Shown piece by piece: positions 38,313 to 50,897 of a stretch of 64,000 nucleotides of DNA. Each line of letters opens with the position of its first letter. The stretch's first letter is position 1. Source of the stretch: Nymphaea colorata (Eukaryota); the NCBI RefSeq assembly GCF_008831285.2, contig NC_045138.2, forward strand, positions 3,844,001-3,908,000. Reading direction: 5' to 3'. The notes under the pieces are model-generated. The model ran no database searches, had not been told where the DNA came from, and saw nothing but the letters and a program-made list of their open reading frames with translations. A program made the position numbers and the translations under genes.

Positions 38313-41093
38313 CGAGAGTTTATAAATGTATGTTAAATCATAGAAAGAGAAACAACAAATAAAGATATTTTTGTGCATGCATACGTATATAACATGTATA
38401 TACGCATACGTTTTCATGAATATGAAAATTAAGGAATGATTTGAAAATAGCAATCTTCAAATTTTGATATAGGCCGGAAGGGAGCTTGAACTCATACAAG
38501 AGCTTAAGCTAAGTCTCCAAGGCCCATTAGAGAGATTTCTTTTGAAAATGTTTTAAAAAATATGATTTATATAAAAACATAGAATGTTATGATTTAATTT
38601 GCTACAAGGAATATATTTCTTCTACCGTTGGGTATGGAAGGAAACAAATCATACAATAAGATGCTCATTAGGGTTCTAAATGGGATGATTAAAAGGAAAC
38701 TAACGTAAAATGTCATGCAAATGCATATTAACATGTAAATATTCGTGAGGGTTTCTCTGGGTTGGACAAGTCCCAACCTCAAAAATCAATATGAGGATAA
38801 AGAATCCCCAAATCATACTCTCATTCTCACCATACATTCACATATAGACGGAAATCCAAACAACTATGCATGGATGATACATGAACAATATTCAAGGAAG
38901 GAAAGAGAGAGAGAGAGAAAGAGAGAATGATAGGAAGAGAAAGATTCAACTAGAAAGGAGAGCATAATATAACTATGAAATAAAAGATCATCTCATCTTT
39001 CGTGCTCCCGGTGTACTTGATCATAGCCTCTTGTTTCTAAGAAGAGATTAAGTGCTATCTCCTTTGGCCATAGGGAGATAAAGATGAGAAGAAAATGAAG
39101 AAAGGAAGACAATGCTACATTCAAAAAAGGGAAAATATGATTCAATCATGAAATGAAAGATTATCTCATCTTTCAATGCTCCCGGTGCACTTGAGCATAG
39201 CCTCTTTTTTCTAAAAAGAGGTTAAGTGCTATCTCCTTTTGCCAAGGGGGGATGAAGAATAGAGGAAAATGAAGAAAGAAAGAGATGAGATATTGATTAC
39301 ATACCTCTAGTGAGAATAACTTTTGGAAAAATGAACACCCTATATTGAATATTCCCTTGAGTGAAACTCCAAGATGATGCCTCCAAGAGGGTTGTGGCTT
39401 GCTCCAAGTTGGAGAGGAGTGAAAGAGGAAGAGGGAGAGACAAAGAGCTCAAGAGAAATCCCAAGTCTTCAAGTGAGAATACTCTACGGTTTCTCCTAAG
39501 GTTAACTTTGCCCAAGAGGGATGAAGTGGGGGGCATTTATAGAGGATTTTAGAGCCAAAACCCAAATTTGAATTTTTTGACATAAGAATACTAAAATCAC
39601 CCTTTAAAAGAAGACTTTTTGTCAAAAGAAATGGCAAATTAGTCTTATTTACCCAAAAAGACTAAAATCACCCTCTAAAATGAGACTTTTTGTCAAAAGG
39701 AAGGGCAAATGAGTCATATCCACCTAAAAAGACTAAAATCACCCACTAAAAGGAGATTTTTTGTCAAAAGAAATGACAAATTGGTCTTGTCCACCCAAAA
39801 AGACTAAAATCACCCTTTAAAAGAAGACTTTTTGTCAAAAGAAAGAGCAAATTGGTCTTGTCCAACCAAAAAGACTAAAATTACCCTCTAAAAGGAGGTT
39901 CTTTGTTAAAAAGGAGGGACAAATGAGTCTTGTTTACCAAAAAGACCAAAATTACCTTCTAAAAGGAAGTTCTTTATAAAAAAGGATGGGCAAATGGGTC
40001 TTGTTTACCAAAAAGACTAAAATCACCGTCTAAAAGGAGGCCTTTTTGTTAAAAGGAAGGGCAAATGGTTCTCAAATGTTTGATTTGGATTTGAACTTGG
40101 GTTTTTGGATCTAATTTGGATTTGGATTGTGGCTTTGGACCAATTTAAATCCAAAAATTAGGTTTTGTGTTTTTAATAAAAGAGGATTATTTTTTTAAAA
40201 AAAATTGGGGTGATTACAGGCATGCGCTCTACACACACACACACATACACATAAGGTGCTTCAAGAGCCACGTCGGTACTGATTGACTTATATGGAACTT
40301 TAAGCTCTACCAGTGACCATTTTCCCCGCTATAGATTTCTTCCAAAAAAAAACCCACCAAACATTCACTTTGCGCAGATCCGTCGTATAGATACACATCT
40401 TTATTGACTCTTCCTTGAAACGCCAGTAATGTTCGTTCTAGGCAACGCTCTAGACCTATATCGGTGGATATTATCACTACTGTAGACTTCTTTCTTCTGT
40501 CAAACCATGGTCACTGCTATAGACTTCTTTCTTCGGAACTTCCCAAAGGCACGAATTTTTACTGACAAAGATACAGTATCCATCAGTAAAGCTTCCTTTT
40601 TACTGACACTTGGACATAAACATCAAAAAAGGAATTTTTAGGGATGCATATTTTTTCATGCTTCAATAAATACATGTTTTTTTTTTTATATTGAACACTC
40701 ATATAAGAAGTTTAAGATGAGATGAACCTCTAATTAGGTGTAGTAACCAAATTAAAGGAAAGTCTTGAACCTTTTTAGATTTTGTGAGGCAAACACTTCA
40801 TTAACATCCTAAGATTTGGAGCAATCTTATTTATGTCCAAGTTTGAAAATTATCTAGATATTGGGCATAATCAAATGAAGAGTAAGTACTGGTATGTACT
40901 GGAGATCTCCTTACTCATTACAATATTAAAAGGTGTGACATAAATTAAAAATTTTTCATTCAGACATAGGCTGGCAAATCATGTATGATCGAATACATGC
41001 CTTCTTAGAAAGCAATGTTTATGGCAATACAATAGGTAGTGATCTTCTATGCTAGTTACCTTCCAGGTTTAAATATGGATCCAACAGACTTGG

Positions 41094-41154
<61 letters not shown>

Positions 41155-41521
41155 TAATTCTCGGTTGTGGGACTCATCCAGCCATCTAACCAATCCATCA
41201 TTAAGGATTGCTGAGAAAAAAACAAAGAAGCACACTCTCCAACTTCAGACACATTTGCTGACAACAGTTGCAATCTATTGATTTTTACGCATTTTCTCTA
41301 CTTTTGGACACGGAAAACATAACATAAGAAATTTGTAAGATCCAAATCGAACAAGGGAGAGAGAGAAAAGAGCAGATGAAATGCGAAAATTCATATTTAA
41401 CTAAACAATAGTTACAACCTGTCTTCAATTTTAAACACCACACACATTTCAGACAATTAAAATGAACTAAAAAATTTCAGGAACGTGATATAACAGCACC
41501 TCAAAATGATACAACAGCACC

Positions 41522-43708
41522 TCAAGCCCTTTCTGTTTCTATGTGTAACCTGTCCTCAAGAGAGTCCCTTAATTCTTGCGGCAGATCGACTGCGGGGCAG
41601 CAGGAAACAACTAGGTCTTCAAGATTCAAGAGGCAAGCAAGCTGTTCCTTTGCATCCGTGGGACTTGTTGTGGCTACTGCATCATTTTGTAGGGAAGTAG
41701 TATTATTGATGTCCACCAGGGACTTGAGATTGGGAAAGTCATAAAGCTCCAGACGCACCAGTTCTTGTAGACACTGCCAGTGGCCTCCCAAGCTGATCTC
41801 CTCAGTGAAACCTTGCAGGCCTAATGAATCTAGTTGGGAGAGACCCCACACCCACTCAGGCACCCTTCCCCATTTTAGCTTATCAACATTCGCGTCTGTC
41901 AAAGTTAGATGCTCAAGGGAGGGTAGAAACGTTGATACTTCTGATGGCAATGGCGATGGCAGTGTAGATTCCAAAGCTTCCCTATCCAATCTCAAGTCAG
42001 TGAGGTTAGGCAATTGCTTGAGCAATTTCCATCCCAATCTTGCACTTGGGCAATCCCACACTCTTAATTCTTGGAGCCGAGGCTCATAGTCATGCTCCTG
42101 CTCGGATAGAGCATAAAGCAAGCCTTGTGTTTGCATCTTTGGACAATTTTCAAGACCCGCCTCTCTTAAGCGTGGCATAGAAATTGTTGTTTCCCTCGAT
42201 CCAATTGCTGGCCATCCCTCCCAATTGGGCAAATCCTGTACTGTCAGTACCTCAAGTGAAGGAAGATGAGTAGGAAGCTGCTTCACAGCCTTCAGATTAG
42301 TCAAATTCAACATCTTCAAAGCTGGCATGTGATCATCAGCTACTTGCTCTAGTCTACCACATCCGTCCACCTCCAATGACTCCAAGGCAGGCATGTCATG
42401 ACCAATTGTGTTGAGTCCATCACAGCTCCCAATCTTCAAGGATTTGAGAGAAGGCATGCTCGCTATTTCACACACTGCTGGGCATTTATTGAGCTCTAGT
42501 TTTTCCAATGAAGTAATGCTTATTAGTTTTTCCGATAAAGGGCAATTTTCTAGCTTCAATATCCGCAGCTTGGTGTAGTCGGTCTTCAAATACCAACTTG
42601 GCATCTCTCCTTTATAATGACGTATCTTCAAGTTCTTGAGGCAATGTGGAGGTTCCAAAGCCTCCAGTATACAACTCTGTTCAGAAGCATCAGCAACTTT
42701 GTCATCATGTTGTTCCTCAAAGTCAAATTTCAAACCAGTTAGAAGATGCTTCTCCTTAAGCAATTGGGCTTCTCCTAAATTGACTTCCTTTCTAGCAGCC
42801 CCCAAACCTTCTATGGAGAATTTTCCCGTTAGGTTGTTCAAGTCTTTTAGTACCTTAATATTACATCCTCTTCTATCCTCTTTGTCATTGCATAAAAGAA
42901 ACCTTTTTAAGGTCTGCAAATTGGTAAGCTTCCCCAAGCCTTCGGCTACAATTTTCAATTCCTCTGTACCTTCCAGCCCAAGATACCTCAAGTTGCATAG
43001 TTTACCTATTTCCTCGGGCACCTCTTCAATTTTACTATAACTTAAATCCAACGTTTGCAAGTTCCAAAGTCTGTCGATTGAACTGGGCAACCGTTTCACA
43101 TCTGAATAGCTTAGATTGAGATACTTTAGTAGTGAAACACATTCAATGGAATTTGGCAGCTCATCCATTTCACATTCCTCCAATGACAACACCCTCAACC
43201 ACTTGATGTTGGTGAATTGTTCCGACGGCAAGAATGCACAGAACAATGTGCGCAACTTATTTGCTACTAATGAAACATTATGCATGGACGTTTCTGCATC
43301 ATCTACATCAAGCAATGACAGATGGCTGGTGTGCTCAGTAGGAGAGGCATGGCTATATTCCTTTCTACCTATATATGAGGCAAGGTCATGCAAAGTGTCA
43401 TGCAGTTTTACATCCCCTTCTTCAGTTTCTTCAGTCATGCACCTATTTATCAAATCATCAATACATTGGTTTGCTGTCACTTCCACATCCATGCCTTTCT
43501 TTTCCTCAATCAATCCATGCGCCACCCATTGCATGGCCAATAAGTCCCTTTCTATCTCATAATCCTTTGGATAAATGCAACAATATACAAAACAACTCTT
43601 CAAAGACGCTGGCAAGTCAACATAGCTCAGCATGAGACCAGGAAGAATGTCACCATATTGAGGGAAAGATGATGAGGCCGCAGGAATTCGAATCCGATCG
43701 GATGTCAT
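41522..43708 (-). CDS. 5'-truncated NLR (non-TIR type) ORF: winged-helix end of NB-ARC plus full LRR, no CC or P-loop
   Basis: 728-aa stop-free ORF with LMLSYVDLP, RNBS-D (LKSCFVYCCIYPKD), QWVAHGLI, MHD variant (KLHDTLHDLA) and LRRs (LRVLSL, LKYLNLS, LQTLDLS, LRYLGL). The first ~8 codons derive from a MITE. May be a pseudogene. Confidence 0.88.
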   Translation of the reverse strand: MTSDRIRIPAASSSFPQYGDILPGLMLSYVDLPASLKSCFVYCCIYPKDYEIERDLLAMQWVAHGLIEEKKGMDVEVTANQCIDDLINRCMTEETEEGDVKLHDTLHDLASYIGRKEYSHASPTEHTSHLSLLDVDDAETSMHNVSLVANKLRTLFCAFLPSEQFTNIKWLRVLSLEECEMDELPNSIECVSLLKYLNLSYSDVKRLPSSIDRLWNLQTLDLSYSKIEEVPEEIGKLCNLRYLGLEGTEELKIVAEGLGKLTNLQTLKRFLLCNDKEDRRGCNIKVLKDLNNLTGKFSIEGLGAARKEVNLGEAQLLKEKHLLTGLKFDFEEQHDDKVADASEQSCILEALEPPHCLKNLKIRHYKGEMPSWYLKTDYTKLRILKLENCPLSEKLISITSLEKLELNKCPAVCEIASMPSLKSLKIGSCDGLNTIGHDMPALESLEVDGCGRLEQVADDHMPALKMLNLTNLKAVKQLPTHLPSLEVLTVQDLPNWEGWPAIGSRETTISMPRLREAGLENCPKMQTQGLLYALSEQEHDYEPRLQELRVWDCPSARLGWKLLKQLPNLTDLRLDREALESTLPSPLPSEVSTFLPSLEHLTLTDANVDKLKWGRVPEWVWGLSQLDSLGLQGFTEEISLGGHWQCLQELVRLELYDFPNLKSLVDINNTTSLQNDAVATTSPTDAKEQLACLLNLEDLVVSCCPAVDLPQELRDSLEDRLHIETERA

Positions 43709-43826
43709 TTATTAAATCCGAATCCGATCCGATTTTTTAATCAGATATTAAATTTTTATCCATATCCGTTTTTTCGGATCGGATCGGTCGGATATCCGAT
43801 TCAAATCGGATATATTGACATCCCTA
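43686..43826. mobile_element. Right-hand fragment of a TAGGGATGTCAA-TIR hAT MITE overlapping the NLR ORF start
   Basis: Ends with intact TIR ttgacatcccta and matches 48765-48891 of the fuller copy. Confidence 0.88.
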
Positions 43827-44342
43827 AGCCTACTGCCTAATTTGGACTGTGGTGAGCACATGTGCTCTACCGGCCTGGAAAAATCCCCCAACCTTAATCT
43901 TCTACATCACCAAGACTTCTCCTTTCTCAAGTTTGGATGCATGATCCCTATGAAGCATACTTATTCAAATGAGAATCCCCAAAACAACCTGCACGTGATC
44001 TCCACTCTTTTTTTTTTTATTCAGGTGGATCTCTTTTCAATTTCTCTCTTAAAATATCTCTTTCTATTTTCTTCAATTTATCTCTCTCCTTTAATTTTTT
44101 TTTCTCTTTCTCTTTCTCTCTAAAAATCATTTTGCCTCTCTTTTATTCATCTCTTACTCTTCAATTTGTCCTTCTCTTATAGTCTCTTTTTCCCTCTCTT
44201 TCATTAGACTATATCTCTCTCTTCTATTTGTCTATTAAAATCTCTCATTTCTCTCTTCTATCCTAAGATAACTTGGTAGGTAAACCAAGCTAATAATTGA
44301 GATCAAAATAAGTCCAATCCCTTATACCCAACACTTTATGTC

Positions 44343-44415
<73 letters not shown>

Positions 44416-44417
<2 letters not shown>

Positions 44418-44492
44418 GAATCAGGAGGTAAGACTGTACTGTAGACTGAATGTGTGTGCAACATTGTTCTTTGCGGGTTCTCTCTCTCTCCC

Positions 44493-44531
<39 letters not shown>

Positions 44532-44631
44532 GAAGGAGAGAGAGGAAGAGAGAGAGAGAAGGCCGGCAAAGAACAATGTTGCACACACATTCAGTCTACA
44601 GTACAGTCTTACCTCCTCTATTCTGATTCAC
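44416..44631. mobile_element. Foldback (hairpin) MITE-like element embedded in a (TA)n microsatellite
   Basis: Left arm gtgaatcaggaggtaagactgtactgtagactgaatgtgtgtgcaacattgttctttgc is the reverse complement of 44565-44631 apart from one small insertion. (TA)n lies on both sides and in the loop. Confidence 0.75.
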
Positions 44632-44929
44632 AATATATATATATATATACACGTCAGGTTTCCCATTTTTTTTAATTTCTAGTTGTTGATTTTATAAGAA
44701 AGAACAATCCCATTAGTTAATAGTGGGAATCCAAAGTTTAACTTTCTCACCACTTAATTTGGACCATGGTTGGCAAGATCCATGATTGCTGCTAAAGAAA
44801 TCCTCAAAAAATCCTCAACTCCAATCTTCTACGTCACCTGGATTTGTACTCCACTGACAATTAAGAAAAAAAAAACATTAGAGGCGAAGTGCGCTATTAA
44901 AGTAAACATGAAAAAACTTCCTAAATCAC

Positions 44930-46030
44930 GTCCTAACCACTAACCAGTGAACAAAAGAGTAGATGTATATGTTCTCACCTTCAAATTTTTCGAAAGCAGG
45001 ATATTTTGACAAATTTACAACAAATTTCAATGATTTTTTTGTCTCAAACGCCTCAATTTCCCTAATTTGGATCATTTTCCCTCTGATTTGATGGTCAATT
45101 ATATTTATGGCCCATTTGGAACTAATTTCTGACTTTGAACCCAAGTTCAACCCCAATTTAGACTAATTTTATACTTCAGATCCAAAATCAAGTGTGGATC
45201 CAATCTTTTTTAAACTCATGCAATGACCAAAAACAGGTCTCTAAATCTAGAGCGAGATCCATTTCCCAGCTCCAAATCTAAAATAGATTTCTAGATCCAA
45301 ATCGATATCTAAATCCCAGCTCCATTTCTAAAATAGATCACTAGAGCCATATTGGATCTGGATCTAAATTTCAGTTTTCTGATCCAAACCAGATACAAAA
45401 AGGCTTTTTGATCAGAACATGGATCCAAAACAGAATTTTAGATTTGAATATAGATCCAAATCCAATTCTATACCAATTTTATCCATATTTAAGCATTGGA
45501 TCCAATTTAGATCAGATCTAGACCCAAATAGTTGTCTGAATCCAAACCTTTGGTCCACTTCCAAGTTTAGATCCAATTCCATGTTTCCATCTAAGTTCGT
45601 ATCTAAAATCTAACACTCAGATCAAAATCTGAATTTCATATCCAAATTCTAGATCCAAATCCAAATGCATTAGTCTAGATCCATTCTAAGCTTTTGATCT
45701 AGACCCAGATCCAGGTCTGAGCCGTAGGTCAATTTCCAGATGTAGATCAACATTCAAGTTCTAAATTTATTATTTTGTGTCCATTTCCAACCCCAAAATT
45801 CTAAATTCGGCATGCCCAAATATTTGGGTCTGGTTTTGGATCCAAATTCAAGTTCCAAATCCTTTCTTGGATCAAGAATAGATGCGATGCATTATGGCGA
45901 TTTTCCAAAATATCATTGATTTCTTGTTCAAAATTCTCAAAATACGCTTGAATTTTACTAAGATATCTTTAAATTTTCCACAATGCCATTGATTTTCCCT
46001 AAATATCCTTCATTTTTTCAAATGCACCTT
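44930..46030 (+). repeat. Diverged ~1.1-kb repeat rich in gatccaaat motifs, copy 1 (copy 2 at 47380-48445, partial copy at 52570-52745)
   Basis: Colinear blocks such as caaatttacaacaaatttcaatg, aaaatcaagtgt.gatccaatct and ttccaaaatatcattgatttc occur in both copies. Probably TE-derived. Confidence 0.75.
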
Positions 46031-48455
46031 TACTTTCTAAAAAAAAAAACAAATTGTTTTCTTTTCTCTCCGTGTGGGTCCCACTATTGTGTGGCAAGAG
46101 GTCTAGCCTAGGTCGCACCAGGCCGAATCGATGCCAGCCTGGCCTGGTCAAGTATGGTCCGGACCAGCTCGGCTCAACTAGCTATTGCCTAGCCGGTCTT
46201 GCCTCCTTACGGCCTAGGCCTGTTTGCGGCCAGCCCAGCTATGGCCAGGCTACGAAAACAAGTCAGAATATACCAAGGTTTGCTACTCAGCTAGTTCTAT
46301 TGCCTAGCACAGTCAAACTCTCGCTCAATCTCTTTTTGGACAATTTTAACATTATTAAGTAATTATGTAATTTGAAACTATTAATGACTAATTAATAGCT
46401 AATTAAACTTTCAAAAAAGACTAAAATATCTTTGGGTCTCTTTCATTTATAAATAATCATTCATTTCTACCTTCTAATACATCAACATCCCCTTGGAGCC
46501 CTGTGTCTTTATAAATACTTTTTCATTTCTATTCTGTCTTCTCCAACTCTAAACTTTCTTCTTCTCCTCTTTTAACTTCAATCTCTCTTTATTACTTCCT
46601 CATTTTCAATCTTGAAGTTTTTATTCTCTTCAACTTTCACAATCGAGGAGCTCATGAAAGGCTCTTAGAGACTTTCTTCAACTCGTTGAGTTCTCAGTCA
46701 TTTATTCTTCGACTTTATCAAGGTAAATGATAACTTCATAGAATCTTCTATCCTTCCTACACAATATAATCAAAGGCTGACTCAGTTCTTCTAAAATGCA
46801 GATGCCATATCACAAAGATACAAGAGACTAAAAACCAAGATATCCCTCCTCTCCTTAATGTTGGAGGTAATGAAGGAACCAAAATCGGTTGTAGGATAAA
46901 CCATTTCAACTTTAACATTGTAATGAAAGTCTTTTAGGAGCTTTTCGAGCTCCGGCCATAGTCTATTGCCATCATAATGATATCATATCCTCTGAATGAG
47001 GGCTTTCACCCTGGTACAGATTGATGTACAACCTTCATACTCCTTGTGATACTTGAACATCTTTTCCAGCACCTCCAACTCACCTGCAGGCACCTCCAAC
47101 TTGCCTGCAAGAACCCTACAGTTTTTAGATTGTTCTCTATCTTAATTCTCTCCTCTTCATTTTGCTCTTTCTCTCAAGCTATTTAATCTCTCCCTTTTTC
47201 TATTTTTAACTTCCCTCTCATTCTTTCTCGACTTTTCTCTCTCATTTTAACGTATCCTTTTCCCATTTTAACATCTTTTGCGATAATTCTACAAAATTTA
47301 TCACCATGGCAATTTACTCTACCATCACCTAAAGAGGAAGCCTGAGCAATACTACACCATAATTGGTCGGATTAATGGGCCAGTGAAAATATAAATGTTA
47401 GTTCAATTCTCATGGGTGTTATTTCTCTGAATTACAAACAGTTGGAGTGTGCATTTTCACATCCAAATTTTAGAAAGCAGCGTATTTTAACAAATTTACA
47501 ACAAATTTCAATGGTTTTTGGTCTCAAACATTCAATTTCCCTTAACTTGGATCATTTCCCCTCCAATTTGATGGTCAACTATATTTATGGCTCATTTTGA
47601 ACTAATTTCATACTTCGAACCTAAGTTCAACCGTTATTTTGACTAATTTTGTACTTCAGATACAAAATCAAGTGTAGATCCAATCTAAAAACTCATGCAA
47701 TGACCAAAAAAAGATCCATAAATTTAGATCTATATCCAAATCCCAGATCCAAATATGAAATAGATCCATAGATCCAAATCTGAGCTCCGTATAAAAAAAA
47801 TCCTTAGATCCAAATCCATATCAAAATCCCAGTAACATTTCTGAAACAGATCCTTAGATCCATATCTGGATCTGGATCCAAATGTCAGTTTTCATATCCA
47901 AACCGGGTACAAAACAGGCTTTTAGATCAAAACACGGATCCAAAACAGACATTTAGGCCAAGATCCAAAATCTCGACCCAAATAATTGTTTGAATCCAAA
48001 CCCTTGGTCCCAAATTTAGATACCATTCCATGTTTCCATCTCAGCCCAGATCTAAATCTATCATTCAGATCCAAATCTGAATTTTATATCCAAAGTTTAG
48101 CTCTAAATACAAATGTATTAGTCTAGATCCATTCTAACCTTTTGATCTAGATCCAGATCCAGGTCTGAACTGTAGGACAGTTTCCAGGCTTAGATACACA
48201 TTCGAGTTCCAAAATTATTATTTGTATGATTTCCAACTCCAAAATTAGAAATTTGGCAAGCCGCAATACTTGGGTTTAGTTTTGGATCCAAATTTAAGTT
48301 CGAAAATCCTTTTCTGTCTCAAGAATCGATGTATTATGGCCACTTTCCAAAATATCATTGATTTCCTGTTCAAAATTATCAAAATATCCTCTAATTTTTT
48401 AAGATATCTTTAAATTTTTCAAAATGCCATTGATGTTCCCTAAATCAAATGTATC

Positions 48456-48891
48456 TACGGATGTCAACGAATAGGATTGGGATCGGATAAATCTTCAACC
48501 ATATCCGTTTTTTCGGATATTCATATATTCGGATTCGAATAAAGCAAAGTCATATCCGAATCCAAATCCAAAATCCGATTTTACAATCCGAATCTGATCC
48601 GAATTCGATTTTTATATTTATATCTGAATCTGAATCCGAATCCGAATTTTGAACCGAATTTTGCCATTTTTCAAGTATTAGATAGAGGATATTTGTCTAA
48701 AACTGAATCCGATCCACATTCGTATCCGAATCCGAACTGATATTCATGTATATCCGAATCCGAATCCGAATCCGATCGGATGTCATTTATTAAATCTGAA
48801 TTCGATCCGATTTCTTAATTGGATATTAAATTTTTATCCATATTGAATTTTTTCGAATCGAATCGATCGGCGATTCAAATCCAATATATTG
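48456..48891. mobile_element. hAT-type MITE with atccga/tcggat subterminal repeats
   Basis: Perfect 8-bp TSD AATGTATC at 48448-48455 and 48892-48899. Left TIR tacggatgtcaa. The tip of the right TIR is deleted. Confidence 0.88.
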
Positions 48892-50897
48892 AATGTATCC
48901 TCATTTTGTGAAGAAAAGACCAAAAATGCCCTTTTTGTCATTGTAGGGCCCACTGTTGCTTTGCGACAGACACGTGCCAGGCACTGTCAGGCCGTACCTA
49001 GCACGACTTTTCTCTTCTTGACTTTCCTCTCTCATCTTAGCCTCTCCTTTTCCCATTTCAACATCCCGTTCTCTTTTTACTTCTTTCGTTATGTTCTCCC
49101 TCTTCTTTAACTGATTTCTCATTTTCCCTCTTTTTTTTTTTTTTGTTTTAGTCCCTCTCTTATTAATCTCTCTTGTTAATGTCTCTCTCTTTAAATCTCT
49201 CTCTGAAATGATACTATCATACTTTAAGCTCCTTGCCTAAATCCAAATATATGTTGCAAATATGGAGCAGATATTTAATCGTGTGAAAAACAAAAAAGCC
49301 CACGTTTTACTGACGAGTAGAAAGAAACCCATCAGTAAAAGTCGATTGACGAGAGATACGGACAGTGACAATGAAGACCTGCTTTTACCAACGCATGACA
49401 ACGGTGACAATAAAGAGTGCCAATGTCCATAGGCATCTGTAAAGACTAGATATTTACTAGCTATTATGGAAACCGTCAGCATTGAAATGATTATCACTAA
49501 CGTCCAAGGAGAACCATCAGTGCTTATTGAATTACCAACGTTCGCATCCGCTGTCACTAATAGTGGGTCTTCCCTTAGTCGACGTAAGACAACCCATTGT
49601 TTACTGAGTTATCTTGAGCACATATAAATACACAACTTTTACAAACGGCGTGTCAATGCCATCAGTATTTATCTAAGTGACGCTGTTTCTTCCATCAATA
49701 TATGTGGGGGAGAATTTTCATTTCAAGAAAACATGATCTTCAAGGTAAGGTAACACTTCAGCCTGACTTCAATCACTCCTCTATTGATAATAGCTTCTAT
49801 TTTTTGTTACATACGACTCTATAATGGAATATGAATATAATACTTGAAACTTCTATCAAGCGGCCATGGTATAAAGATTAAGATCAAAGCAGAGTTCCAC
49901 CTCTCCCTCTTGTCTTCTTTCTAATCCACAGCTAAAATGTTTCCAGCGGAAGACACCCAACCAACGCTATGGATAGAACTTCCCCATGATCCTGAACATG
50001 CACTAGTTTTATTGGAATAGTGGCATTCCATTTGTCTAAGCAAAACTGAATCTGTCATCTTTTAGAAAGACTTCTTTTAACTTGTTTTTTTTTATATCAT
50101 CTCAATACTTCACTATATTCTTACAAAGCCAAGAACGGTGGTTTTTGCTTCTGTTAATTTTGACCTAGAGATCCCGCAAGACTGGTAAGGACACCATGAG
50201 CTGAAGCATAACAACTTTGTTTATCTCAGAGAGGGAGTAGATACCACCACCTCCTTGAAATGACCTATGTGGGCTATATAGTGGGGTCTTTTTAATTCTC
50301 AGCCAGTCATTCCGTTGAAAGTTCTCCCGGTGGATTAAAGAATTCTGGTGGAAATAATTAATGCCAAAATTTAGTAGTCAACTACTTGGAAGATAATTGA
50401 TTTAAGAAGACAAAATCTACCTCACAGTAGGAAAAAAAAAAAGAAAAAAACAAGGCTGTATCGGTGATTATTTTGACTAGCATAGACAGGGAACTACACT
50501 GGTGATCACTGTTCACCGGTATAAGTGAATTTTTACCAGGATCATCGTCAACAAAAAATTGGAAGGCATGACCTATAACTGTGATCCATATCCACCGGTA
50601 TAGTTTTTTAAAATTGTAAACCAATCGGCAGGAAGGTATAGTAGTAGTCTATACCATTGAATTAGAACGTAACGGTGAAGTTGATCACCACTGTAGTCAG
50701 ATCTACACCGGTGAACGTTTTCGCTGGTAGACTGTTTGTCCAATCACAGGTGTAGATGACCTTTTAATATAAACACCCCTCCCTCGCTCCAAAATCCTGT
50801 GGATTTCCTTTCCGAATTGATTTCTCTTTCCTTCACTCCAAAAATTTCTTTGAAAGTGGTTTCCATCATCCTTTGTTTGGGGTCCTTTGTTTGGGGT

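Larger units (their letters stand above)
32790..40218 (-). mobile_element. Non-coding LTR retroelement (Ogre/Tat-like, LARD-type), copy 1
   Basis: 5' LTR 40218-37304 (TGTAATCACCCC...GCAAACA). PBS TGGCGACCGTGATGGGAC at 37301-37284. PPT AAAGAGGGGCATC at ~33684-33671. The 3' LTR starts at 33670 and matches the 5' LTR only to ~32790. No gag/pol ORFs in the ~3.6-kb interior. Confidence 0.75.
30003..41869 (+). repeat. Segmental duplication copy A (matches 54748-64000)
   Basis: 30003-38444 matches 54748-63173 and 41144-41869 matches 63275-64000. Many identical ORFs appear in both copies. Confidence 0.95.

Noticed and set aside
43370..43420. LHD instead of MHD as a possible autoactive NLR
   Set aside because: The critical His-Asp pair is retained, first-position variation is common, and the protein lacks the NB domain anyway.
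42636..43635. Plus-strand ORFs of 86-148 aa
   Set aside because: Antisense shadows of the NLR coding sequence.
44338..44682. YIYIYI-type ORFs here and at 9092, 31949, 38075 and 56718
   Set aside because: Translations of (TA)n microsatellites.
49290..49690. CACTA-like subterminal repeats (ttttactgacg/catcagtaaaa), also near 40550-40620
   Set aside because: Too degenerate. No paired CACTA/TAGTG termini or 3-bp TSD could be confirmed.
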